From Catajapyx aquilonaris (Eukaryota): a stretch of 20,000 nt of DNA. The notes under the pieces are model-generated. The model saw only the letters and a list, made by a program, of their open reading frames with translations, was not told the DNA's origin and did no database searches. The stretch lies in the NCBI GenBank assembly GCA_000934665.2, contig KZ538411.1, positions 53,481 through 73,480 of the forward strand, written 5' to 3'. The stretch's first letter is position 1, and each line of letters starts with the position of its first letter. The position numbers and the translations under genes are program-made. This document shows positions 1-9,927 of this stretch, in pieces.

Positions 1-270
1 CCTGAATTCTGCCAAGTACAAGCAACCACGCGTTAGGAACGTTATTTGATTTCTCTGGCCGCCATGACAGTAGAGGGAAAATCAAAGGGTTTTTCAGCTT
101 CAGGTTGATGGGGCTAGCAGTGGTTGACGGCTACATTCAACCACCTGATAGTACTGAGGCACCTGGATCGGGGTGAAACAAGCTACACAAAAATAACTAC
201 TGTGGTTGATATTAGTGATAACTAAAAACAACCCAAGAACCTGGAATACCCTGTATAAACATGAAGCGTA

Positions 271-432
271 CAGTTCTGGTCATAATATCAAGGCAACCGC
301 CAGCGACATTTTCCGAAGCGGCAGAAAAAGGAATCGAAGATAAGCATACTTCAAGCATGGGCGAACATGATTCCTTCTTCTGCCACTTCGGAAAATGTCG
401 CTGGCGGTTGCCTCGATATATGACCAGAACTG
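271..432. mobile_element. Tc1/mariner-type MITE (162 bp), ~65-bp terminal inverted repeats, TA TSD
   Basis: Left arm CAGTTCTGGTCATAATATCAAGGCAACCGCCAGCGACATTTTCCGAAG... (271-335) is the near reverse complement of 369-432. TA at 269-270 and 433-434. Confidence 0.85.
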
Positions 433-562
433 TACTTAGCATATCATTAGCACTGCCAGTACATATTTCAGCACATTTTACCAAGCATTAACCCTCATGC
501 ATTTTCCTATGAAAATGCTGTAGAATATTGACACATTATTAGGTAGGTAGGTTATTAGGTAC

Positions 563-771
563 CTTCGCAGTGCTCCAGAAACAGCAAGCACTCTTGCAGC
601 ACAGCATCTCTGATGGTGACTGTGTGCTTGCACAAATTCTCGATTAGCGACAGGAAGCACCTCTTTGCATAAAACCAGGTGTCGGTGCCTAGCTTCTTGC
701 TGTAAGGCTCGAGGCTCTTGATCACACGTGAGATCCCAAACTCGTAGTTGCCTTTGGAACAGTAAAGTGTC
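563..771 (-). CDS. TTC30: IFT70/TTC30 conserved coding exon 7 (GTLYCSKGNYEFGISRVIKSLEPYSKKLGTDTWFYAKRCFLSL...LEHCE); the final exon lies left of the window
   Basis: Translation matches the conserved TTC30 C-terminal region. Acceptor ttttcttacag at 772 and donor gtacct at 562; phases agree with exon 6. This frame is not in the ORF track. Confidence 0.93.
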
Positions 772-1190
772 CTGTAAGAAAACCAAGTGACATGTGAGAA
801 ACCTGTATGCCAAAAGTGGCAGATTGCATTCCAGGGCAGACCGAATTTGCATCTTCATCCTTTTCAGACTGTCAATGCACAATATAGTGAACATTCTGCC
901 TATTTTTGAAAGGTATTTGAAAGGCTCAATAGTGTGGGCCTCAATTACCTCAGTTATGGTTTTTGCTCATACCATTGCAGATGAACCAACACAGGAGCAT
1001 CCACAAGCCCCAATGCACATATTGGTCCACCTGGGTGGTTAGATAAAGAGGGTAGCCACTTGCATTGAAGGTGTACACTGGTTTCCTGAAGTCCTTGGTT
1101 TTTGGAGGATTCTGCTCAAACCAGCTGAAACCATACCAGCTTCAGATGGTTTCTGCAGGAAAGTGTACCCTGGATTCTCAAAGTAGCAAC

Positions 1191-1223
1191 CATAGACCTC
1201 AGAGCGTGCCTCTAAGGTCTATG
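1191..1223. mobile_element. 33-bp palindromic micro-element (CATAG...CTATG) with an 8-bp TSD GTAGCAAC
   Basis: CATAGACCTCAGAG-cgtgc-CTCTAAGGTCTATG has 14-bp arms with 1 mismatch. GTAGCAAC occurs at 1183-1190 and 1224-1231. Confidence 0.75.
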
Positions 1224-1926
1224 GTAGCAACCCCCTTGGGCTAGATTACTGTAAATAAACAGGCGTGCAGGATAACTGTGTCATAGCTGACCTTGTGCAC
1301 TGCATTAATTTCTACTCTCTAGGGGTTGTACGCAAAAGCAAGAATGCATCAGAATGTACAACATAATTCCTACACTGGTACTTTAATTCTCCTGTATGTC
1401 AAAAGAAGTCTTTGTTACCTACGATGGTCACTTGAGGGCACACAAGGGAGTACGTTTCCTCACCCTCATACTTTTCATGCAAACCTAGTGTTCATGAAAG
1501 AGCAGATGGTGCTGAGTTCATCAATGTGGATCATATACGCCTTAAATTGTCCATGGACACACCCATACAGGTTGTTTAGATTGTTAGATAGTTTAGATTA
1601 ATATACATGAGGTCTTGGAGAATGCATGCATTTTCAGTATCTGCTGAATAAGCAGCTTAGGGAAGTTTACACTAGGCTAGAAAGCTGTAGGGCAAGTTGT
1701 CATGATAAGTTTTGCTCCATGTAGTAAAGCAGAGTCAGCCATGACTACATGTAATCTGAGGCAGAAAATAATCAGGTCCTGCAATTTGCATCCTACTGCA
1801 TCCCTTACCCATTTTTGTCCTGACAACCTGCTTGGTGACGGCATCTCACCATGTCAATGTCCCTTATTTAAAATGGAAGAATTGCTTCCAAAAATGGTCA
1901 CTTCAATGGGAACATACTCTACAGCT

Positions 1927-2343
1927 ACCGAAGCAGAAGTGGTGTAGTGGATATGGTGTCCGACTGCTAATCGGGAGGTCCTGGGTTCGAATCCCGGAGG
2001 CCGGCGATCCTGACCTTGGTTTTCTGTGGTTTTCCAAGGTCGCCCCAGGAATAATTTCCGGGATCGTACCGTAAAATAGGCCACAGCCGCTTCCTTCCTT
2101 TCCCTTCCCTGGAGGAGGTGCGGGTCAGTGGGGATTTCTGACTCGCATCTAGGGGTCATCTTGGCGAACGGGCCCCCTGAGGGACTGCACACGACCCCCA
2201 ACTTGATGACATTGCACATGCACCAGTGTCCCCCCCTCCTATCCCTACCCTGTCCCTGCACGATAGTGGTAATCCACTCCCCTAAGAGAGCCCATGGCTC
2301 TAGCACGGGGTATATCTTTAAAAAAAAACAAAAAACAAAAAAA
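1927..2343 (+). mobile_element. tRNA-derived SINE with A-rich tail and 16-bp TSD
   Basis: A box TGGTGTAGTGG (1940-1950), B box GGTTCGAATCC (1984-1994), A-rich tail to 2343. TSD AACATACTCTACAGCT at 1911-1926 and 2344-2359. Confidence 0.9.
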
Positions 2344-2701
2344 AACATACTCTACAGCTCCCTGAGGCATGGCTAATGGTACTGTGTCTTGGCTCTGGGG
2401 GCAATCTCAGCATAACAGGGAAATCTTTTGGGAAGGTGTCTGCTCTCTTCCTGCCACTTTCCAGGCGGAACGAAAATAGGTGTCGGGATGTGTGGACTCA
2501 TGTTCTTACTATGCATCCTGGCGTGATATTGGAGATACAGCTATGCAGGTTTTTGCACAGTAGGAGGAAGGTCCAATGCGTCCTTTGGTTGCAGAATGGT
2601 TCAAATCTGAGATAACTACTAAAGAACGGATTTTTAGGGTCTAAAATACCCTCAGATAGGTAGGCATTTAGGCCCCGAAAACACTCAAAATAGGCTCTTA
2701 A

Positions 2702-3679
2702 CCCCTTGAGCCCCAGCCGCCTAGAATCCAGGCGCTGAGAACTCGACCGCCAGGTACCAGCTATACCTTCATCACCTAGATTCTTTTCTCTTCCGTTCCA
2801 TTTGCATATAAGGACAAGGTATTTTACAAATAATAATAGCTATACTTTTACATTCATGGTCTACACCATGCATGTTTTGGAAACAATTTTACTGGCATAG
2901 AAGTCCATTAATTAGTTTCCAAAAAGATCGCCGCACAGTATACCCGCTATATTTCCGCCTAGATTTTCTCTCCTGTTCTACTTACAAGTACTCTGAAGGT
3001 AAGGGCAAGATATTTTACAAATAGATTGTAATATATTACCCTTTCATGCAAAACACAGCGTATGTATTGGAAACAATTTTCATTGGCTGAAAGTCTGTAA
3101 ATTAATTTCCAAAAAGATCGCCGTAAAATATGAAAATTCGAGTACTACCGGCCAACTGTTAGGATGATTTAATTATGAAATACGTTAAAATATACAGAAT
3201 AACAATCTTGAGAACCATGCCAGAAGACTTTGTTGAAATCGTTGCACTTTCCGAGAAATAAATTAATACTTTCCTGCGACTTGCCTGTCACTTCGGATTA
3301 CTCCCATTTACTCGTTTCTCGAAAAGTACGACGATTTCAGCAAATCCATTTGGCATCCTTCTCAAAATTGTTATTCCGTATATTTTAACGTATTACATAA
3401 GTAAATCAGCCTAACAGTTGGCTGGCAGTACTCGAATTTCGGGTATTTACAGCTATCTTTTTGGAAATTAATTTAGGGACTTCTATGGCAGGAAAATTGT
3501 TTTCAACACATTCATAACGTTTTACCTGAACGGGTAAGTAGAGCTGTTATTATTAGTAAAATATCTTGTTTGTATCTTCAGCGCACGAGTAAGCGGAAAA
3601 CTATGTGGTGGAGGGTATAGCTGGTACCTGGCGGTTGAGTTCTCAGCGCCTAGATTCTAGGCGGCTGGGGCTCAAGGGG
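2702..3679. mobile_element. piggyBac-type non-autonomous fold-back element (978 bp), TTAA TSD
   Basis: TTAA at 2698-2701 and 3680-3683. Termini CCCCTTGAGCCCCAGCCGCCTAGAATC... and their reverse complement. The internal arms are imperfectly palindromic about ~3262-3312, and the left arm has a ~160-bp tandem duplication (~2776-2932 and ~2957-3123). Confidence 0.88.
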
Positions 3680-3781
3680 TTAATTAGGCAATAAAAATCG
3701 AGCAAGTCCTACTTTATTTTCATTCCTATGCATTCATTCCTACAGACGACTCTTGGCCATGGAATTTTGCAGCACTACTAT

Positions 3782-3916
3782 GAACTAGCAGTTGTTCCTT
3801 ATTTTCGTAGTTAGTCAGTGACGTCTGTCTGACAATACAACTTTATATGCTGAAAATGACCTTTCGATGTCACATGAAGCAACTGGATCATACTTGAAAA
3901 GTGAAATGTCTTCTAC
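3782..3916 (-). pseudogene. hAT-family transposase C-terminal (dimerisation-region) remnant
   Basis: Minus-strand translation VEDISLFKYDPVASCDIERSFSAYKVVLSDRRH*LT(fs)NKEQLLV resembles the PxxSxxxERSFS motif of hAT transposases. It has an in-frame stop at 3817-3815 and a frameshift. Confidence 0.75.
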
Positions 3917-4675
3917 AGCCAGTTAATCCTGCATGACTACAGCGGCTTGGCCCTTCACATGTTGAAACAGGATGAATGCCTTGATCGGAAAACCCACAAA
4001 ACTCTCGAAAATCTTACAGAATGGCGGCCAAAAGGTGAGAATAGGCGCTAATAGATAATTTAGGTTCCAATACTCGATATAGGCAATTTTAGGTTCTATA
4101 AAACTGTGATTTTTGAGTTCCTTGTGTTATGAAATGGATAGATATTTTGGTTCCGGTGTTCTGCCTACAGAATAAAACGTAGGTAAAAACCTAGAAATCC
4201 ATTCTCTAATAATTAATTACTTGATTGGAAACAGGAAATGCATTTTGTAGTTGTCGTCTCAGGTGCATCATGAAAGAGCTGATTATTTGAATTTTGCTTC
4301 GCAGAATCTTCAACCCCATCCTTTATCTTTTTGTCAATGCATTTTTGAGCCATTTGGACAGTTTTTATGGGCCACACGAATGACCCATGACCTTTTCTGC
4401 ATTCTCATTGATTTATGATATAGTAAATATGCAAAGCACATGTGGCTGCTACCACCTCGACTCTCTTCTCTGCTCATGATTTATTCTGGAACGCCATTCA
4501 AAAATATTGATGCCAGTTCATGCATAAGTCAGGAAATCATTGCTTGCTAATCCCAAGAGGAAATGTGTAAATGCATCCAAAAATAGCCCCCTGGCATGAT
4601 ATGCATACCTAGAACAAATTATCATGCCCTGTCGTTATCTACCCTTCATGCCAGGCAAATATAATGAAGACTGAC

Positions 4676-4851
4676 CCAATGACAAGGTTGACAATGCAGA
4701 GGTGGAAAGCCTTAGCATCTGGGTCTTCATATGCCAGCTGTTCCTCCTCTTTCTCAATCTTGCGCATGAGCTCCTCTGCTTCTTCATTCTGAGATGTCAT
4801 TATGTATGACACACACAGGTTTGCCAGAACAATGGCACTGACTTTCAGGAT
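4676..4851 (-). CDS. TTC30: IFT70/TTC30 conserved coding exon 6 (ILKVSAIVLANLCVSYIMTSQNEEAEELMRKIEKEEE...HLCIVNLVIG)
   Basis: Hallmark TTC30 sequence. Acceptor ccgcag at 4852 and donor gtcagt at 4675; phases 0/2. Confidence 0.95.
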
Positions 4852-4962
4852 CTGCGGTGCAATCAAGGCCAAGAAAGAAATTATTCATTAGTCAATTTGG
4901 GGAGAGAATGATTGCATACGGTACACTTTGTATTACAAACTTGCAATGCTTAGGAAGAACAT

Positions 4963-4982
4963 TAATAATGATAATGATGATG

Positions 4983-5019
<37 letters not shown>

Positions 5020-5035
5020 AACAACAACAACAACA
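4963..5035. repeat. Compound (TAA/TGA)n(CAA)n microsatellite, the distal SINE tail
   Basis: Read directly from the sequence. Confidence 0.95.
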
Positions 5036-5312
5036 TCACGACATTTCCCTATGCGATGAAGGGAGACGCAAGCTAACCCAACATATGAACTAATAAAACT
5101 CATGAGAATAAACCTAAAAACAACCTGTCCCACCCCCCACCCCTGCCAACCTCAGACATCACCTTATCCGCAGACAATATTTACCTATTTACCCATTAAT
5201 TAACCTACGCCATTTACACCTATCCAAACAAACAACCCTAGCCTCAGCCACGTCCATGGTCCTATTGACACAAGAACGTCTCGGCTTAACACTAGCAACA
5301 CCCTTAAGACAC

Positions 5313-5313
5313 T

Positions 5314-5380
<67 letters not shown>
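5313..5380. repeat. (TAA)n microsatellite, the proximal SINE tail
   Basis: Read directly from the sequence. Confidence 0.95.
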
Positions 5381-6099
5381 TGTGGGGGTAGTGCTTTATC
5401 ACCTTACCAGTATCTAGCACGGACCTTTATTGTTATACAATCGTAGATTGCGTACGCGTCCAAGTTAGAACCATTTTCAAAGCCCCCGGGCCCACTGGCA
5501 GGATGACAGGAGGGGATGTGCAAAGTGCAGTGCAATGTCGTTGCTAATGTCATTTTGTGAGCTCCCCCGGGTGGATTGGTCTATGGAAATCCCACCCGAG
5601 ACAAAGCCAGAGACGACCCAACTCTGCACGAGATGAAGGGGGTGCCCCCGGGCTGGGATCGAACCTGGGACCTTAACATCCGTGGGTGCATACGTTACCG
5701 CAGTGCCACTTTGCCTCCCTTGCTTAGGAAGAACATCAGATGTTTAGTGTATTTCACTGTCATCAAGGTTAAAAGCTACTAGATAAAATGCATTTTTATT
5801 ACATGCTGGGATTTCTATGCGTATTTTTGTGATTCTATACCTTTGAAAAATACATTAGCTTCTCATTGTACTGTACTGCCTACCTAATGAAGGTGGTTAT
5901 CCAAAACAACACTTATGAAGTCAAAAACAAATGACAGAAGTCTTCTAGGTGATTGGGTAAAAATGAAGTTGATTTTTAGAGAGATAGGTACCACAAAATT
6001 GGAATCTCCAATACTTGCAAGTTGTTGTATGCTGATGTCCCTCTTTCATGCTGTGTCATATTTTACTACATGCAATTACCCCCCACAATCCCAACTTAC

Positions 6100-6520
6100 A
6101 TTCTCATAGTTCTTCTTAACAATGGGTTCATAGAACCCAGTGGCCTCCTTGAACTTGGTCTCTTGCATGAAGAGCACATGTGCAACATTGAGCTTCCAGG
6201 TGTCACTCTCGTTGCAGAACTCGACTGATTTTCTGAATATCTTCTCCACCTGTGGGTAGTTCTCAAGGTCCCAGTATATCTTGGCCTGCCCCATGAGCAC
6301 AGGGATGTAGCGTTCAATAGCATCCTCATATTCTGCAACAACACGTTTTATTGCTTCATCTTCCCTGTTGTTTCGGGCCTCTTGCACCTGCTTGGTAAGC
6401 TTTCGAAGGGTCTCAGCATGTCGGGAGGCAATCTCATCAAACTTGCGGTAAGCCTCGTCTGGGGCTGTTTGCTGGGTTATCAGTGCATCCAAAAAGTCAT
6501 AGAGGTATGGAGTCATGTGC
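6100..6520 (-). CDS. TTC30: IFT70/TTC30 conserved coding exon 5 (HMTPYLYDFLDALITQQTAPDEAYRKFD...FYEPIVKKNYEN)
   Basis: Conserved motifs VEKIFRKSVEFC and WKLNVAHVLFMQE. Acceptor ttttttctag at 6521 and donor gtaagt at 6099. Confidence 0.95.
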
Positions 6521-8160
6521 CTAGAAAAAATGTAGTGGGAAGAGAGAATGTTAGTGTTATTGGTTACTTATTGGGTGTTGTACTTCATGTGTGAAGCCGA
6601 ATGGAAAAGCTGCAGTAAAGGCAAAACAGGCCGAAAGATTTGACACAGATGCAAACAATTTTCTGATTAGTATGCATAATCTGATATTTAAAAGTATCGA
6701 CTCATGTTTGCACATTTTCTAAAATACATACATTTAGAAGTGTGCTTTCATTAACTGAAAAATGAGATATTGATATATCGAAAATGAATTGAACATAATT
6801 GAATTTGCTACAGCAAAGGTAATTTTTGCACAAAATCCCCTAAAAGAGAGGCTGGCACTTTCGTGAAGCAGATTTAATGTGCCAAATGTTCCTATCGCAT
6901 CCCTTCTGTTGGTAAAAGTAGGACAAAGTTAGACAGGAAATATTTTGTAATGGGCAAAAAATGCTTGACCTTACCAAAGCCTGATAAATTTTTTAAATGG
7001 ATTTATTTGCAAACTCACTTGTCCCCTTTCATTTGACTGAACCTTTTATTACAATGTCATAAATTGCATTTGAGAAGCAGGCACTTTAGAGCAAGTAGCA
7101 AGTAAGGTGACAGATAATCTGTATGACATCTAAGTTTCTTGGTCTGCAAAAAAAAAGTTCCTGGTCTGAGATATATGTGTCAGGATGTTCTCAAGTTTCA
7201 ACTGGTCACAGATGGCAGCATGTTCTGGCAATAATTTTTATTGGCGTTTTTATGGCACTGGTAGGTGAGGCCCTATTTTTCGAATCACAATTGTTCACTA
7301 AAACTGATAATAAACTAACAGAACTTGATGAGGCATCCCATTGAAATTCCCTCCAAGTATTGCCACATTGTGAACAAAGGATTGCACAGCCATCAAGTTC
7401 AATTATTATCAGTTGTAGAGGGCTATGTGACTCAAAAATTATGTAAATATCTGACATTCCCTTGTTAGTGGGCACTTTGAAGCCCCCCCCCNCCCCCCCC
7501 CCCCCCCCCAAACTAAGCAGACAACAACAAAAAAAAAGTGTCCTACAGATTCTTTGCATTGAGGTTCCACAAACCTATCAACCAGTTGTACTATAAAACA
7601 CTCATGTTGTTCAATATGGCCAATTTCTTCACTTAATATAGCAAAGTTCATGGGACCATCATGTTCTCATTCATGTCAATATATTGATATGGCAGAGAGA
7701 AATGATCACATTTAATCCTTCTTATTGATTTTGTTCTCGAACCAATATTTTCCCAAAAGTAAAAGTTTCATTTTTTGGTACATGATTGGCACATCTACAG
7801 TATAAGGTAAAGACATTTTGCGTGTAAAAAGTACTTAAATAATACCCTCCAAAAAACTCTGTTGCATCATGGTGACACATACAGTTTGCTATATGAGCTA
7901 GCTACAAGATGAACTGAAGGAACAGAGAGAAACTGAACTAAAAGATGAACTGACCCGCCTGCTGATTTCGCAAATTGCAGCCCATCTCCTTCAAAAAATG
8001 CAGACTGGCAAATTTAGAAACTGAATTATTTTCCCTGTGTCAACCTAGTAACTTCAGGCTCTAATTCTATAAGTCTCCTGTGTTGTCATTGAAATTGTCT
8101 GCTTTGAATATGCAGGCTACAACTTTTCACCTGTAGCTAAACACTGTTAGAACATCTCAC

Positions 8161-8581
8161 CTGTAGGTAAGATGGGCATAATCGGCCAGCACATCTGCTG
8201 CCAGATCATAGTATTCGTACTTGCAGTAGAGAAGAAGTAGGTTCCCAAAGGTCTCAGGTGGAAATGGGTCATGCTGCAACAGGAACTGCAACTTTTCAAA
8301 CCCTTCTGTAGGCTTAGTGTCCATGTTGAGGAGTGCCTGGTTGTGGAGAGTGACTGCATCCAGCTCATCCTCTGATCTTGGTGGCATATCAGTAAGGGCC
8401 TCCTTTGCTGAGTCGTGGTTTTTCAGCTGGTATTCAATAGCTGCCTTCAGGTTGAATGCCTCAACCAGGGATGTCTCATGGAGGGCTATTGTATTACCAA
8501 CACTTCGGACCTCAATGCCTTCAGTTGTCATGCCTACAGAGAGCTCTGGATGCTCTCGAATGCCGTGCTCTATTATATCAG
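8161..8581 (-). CDS. TTC30: IFT70/TTC30 conserved coding exon 4 (ADIIEHGIREHPELSVGMTTEGIEVRSVGNT...LAADVLADYAHLTYR)
   Basis: Conserved motifs EAFNLKAAIEYQL, LTDMPPRSEDELDAVTLHNQAL and PFPPETFGNLLLLYCKYEY. AG at 8582 and donor gtgaga at 8160. Confidence 0.95.
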
Positions 8582-8793
8582 CTATATGGGATGGAAATAA
8601 GGAATGAGAAAATACAGGATGTTACATGATTGAGTCTTGCTCAGTGATGCTTTGTAGCACAAATAGAAATGAGCAGGAGTCAATTCAGTGAGTTGCACTC
8701 CATGCATTTTGCAAAACGTGTGATGTGAAACCTGCTTACTATACCTTATGCATTTTAATAATTTGAAAATTATATAGTCTCAAAAATACAAAC

Positions 8794-9265
8794 CTATATG
8801 CTTAAGGGCTGGTGAGTAGTCTTTCATCTTGTAGTGGCATAAAGCAATGTTGTATGACAGGTCGGGCTTGTACCCAAGCACCTGCATGGTGGAGCTGAAC
8901 TTCTGCAGTGCCTCCTCAAACCTCCCTTCTTTGAACAGCAGGCAGGCCCTATTGATCTCTGTGTCAGGGTCATCTTCTGGGCACTGATCAACCAAGCTTT
9001 TAGCTCCTGCAAGATCCTCTCCACCATACTTGATGGCTGCCTGAAGTTTGGTGACCTTCCCCTGGTACATTAGACTCTCAATCTGGCAGGTGATTTTCAT
9101 GGCCTCCTCATAAAAGCAGGCTTGGTACAGGGCCTGGGCATAGTAGATGCGGTAGTCCTCCTCATCAGGAAACAGCACAGTTAGCTGCTCATAACAGTTG
9201 GCTGCACTCACAAAATCTTGTGTGTAGAAATAACAGTAGGCCAACAAGGACAGTCCTGCTCGTGA
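8794..9265 (-). CDS. TTC30: IFT70/TTC30 conserved coding exon 3 (SRAGLSLLAYCYFYTQDF...PALKHI), TPR repeats
   Basis: SRAGLSLL and LQAAIKY motifs. Acceptor ctgtag at 9266 and donor gtttgt at 8793; phases 0/1. Confidence 0.95.
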
Positions 9266-9350
9266 CTACAGTTCAATGGGATTAAATTGTTTTACAAAGT
9301 TATATACAATGCTGTTACAAGTGCAAAGGTAGACTGACTCATGAACTTAC

Positions 9351-9416
9351 AGTCTGATTGGCATCTACAATGCGACTAATGACGCTGATGGCCTCTTGGT
9401 ATCTCTGCTCTTTTAT
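9351..9416 (-). CDS. TTC30: IFT70/TTC30 conserved coding exon 2 (IKEQRYQEAISVISRIVDANQT)
   Basis: Acceptor ttcctgtag at 9417 and donor gtaagt at 9350. The 66 nt are in frame and align to the N-terminal TPR. Confidence 0.88.
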
Positions 9417-9511
9417 CTACAGGAAACCCCCCCAAGTACAATATGCAACATGAATATACTGGTGACTTACAGTTGAAACATTACTTATCCGCTCTCTCTC
9501 TCTAATATTAC

Positions 9512-9574
9512 CATATGGTAGATAACTTTGGTGTACTGTCCATCCTTGATCTGTGTGACCACATTGCTGTTCAT
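9512..9574 (-). CDS. TTC30: IFT70/TTC30 first conserved coding segment (MNSNVVTQIKDGQYTKVIYHM); the exon probably extends upstream to an acceptor at 9656
   Basis: Matches the family N-terminus QIxDGxxTxxxY. Donor gtaata at 9511. Confidence 0.88.
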
Positions 9575-9927
9575 CCTACAACCAGGACTCCTCCAATAAT
9601 TGGTATTGACACGACTCTTCCAGACACGGCCTTCTGGCCCAATTGAAATAGGTCTCTAGAAAATTTAAGTATGATTCATAACAAATTCAGCCTTCTGTAA
9701 GCCTCTGTAAAACCAAGAGCTGGTAAAACCCAATGCTAGCAACCAGGCTCGCAATTTCAAATCGATTTTTGCGCTGTGCGTCATATGTCCCGCCCCGCCC
9801 CGTGGTCCCGCCCCATTCGGACGTTGCCAATTTTAGCCACTTTTATTCATGAACTATCTAAGGTGAGACTTGATCATCTATATTTAATTTGGTTTAAGCC
9901 GCCATTTTTTTCAAATATTATGCTTAC

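Larger units (their letters stand above)
2620..4208 (-). mobile_element. Internally deleted hAT-type DNA transposon (hAT19/CGGBP-like), interrupted by a piggyBac-type element
   Basis: TIRs TAAAGAACGGATTTTTAGG and CCTAGAAATCCATTCTCTA. Degenerate 8-bp TSD ATAACTAC/ATAATTAA. Repeated subterminal TAGGY motifs and a transposase C-terminal remnant inside. Confidence 0.7.
4963..5720 (-). mobile_element. Composite tRNA-derived SINE insertion with two microsatellite tails and a 16-bp TSD
   Basis: Minus-strand head AGGGAGGCAAAGTGGCACTGCGG...GGTTCGATCCC (A/B boxes, ~5720-5650). Tails at 5313-5380 and 4963-5035. TSD TGCTTAGGAAGAACAT at 4947-4962 and 5721-5736. Confidence 0.82.

Noticed and set aside
1..270. 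Final TTC30 exon
   Set aside because: The expected C-terminal motif (GKNTVTYEAR-like) is not found in 1-562. A branch-point/AG-like stretch at 2-36 is suggestive but cannot be verified at the window edge.
478..894. 138-aa minus-strand ORF
   Set aside because: Alternative frame over the real TTC30 exon at 563-771.
1932..2005. tRNA gene (Ser-GCT-like)
   Set aside because: No convincing acceptor stem and no long variable arm. It continues into a SINE body, A-tail and TSD, so it is a SINE head.
4857..5133. Poly-Ile/Gln and poly-Val/Leu ORFs
   Set aside because: Translation artefacts of the microsatellite tail.
5645..5720. tRNA gene on the minus strand
   Set aside because: Only A/B boxes are retained; it is the head of a TSD-flanked SINE.
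7111..7556. Possible old MITE with ~15/18 terminal inverted match
   Set aside because: No TSD and no further arm similarity; too weak to call.
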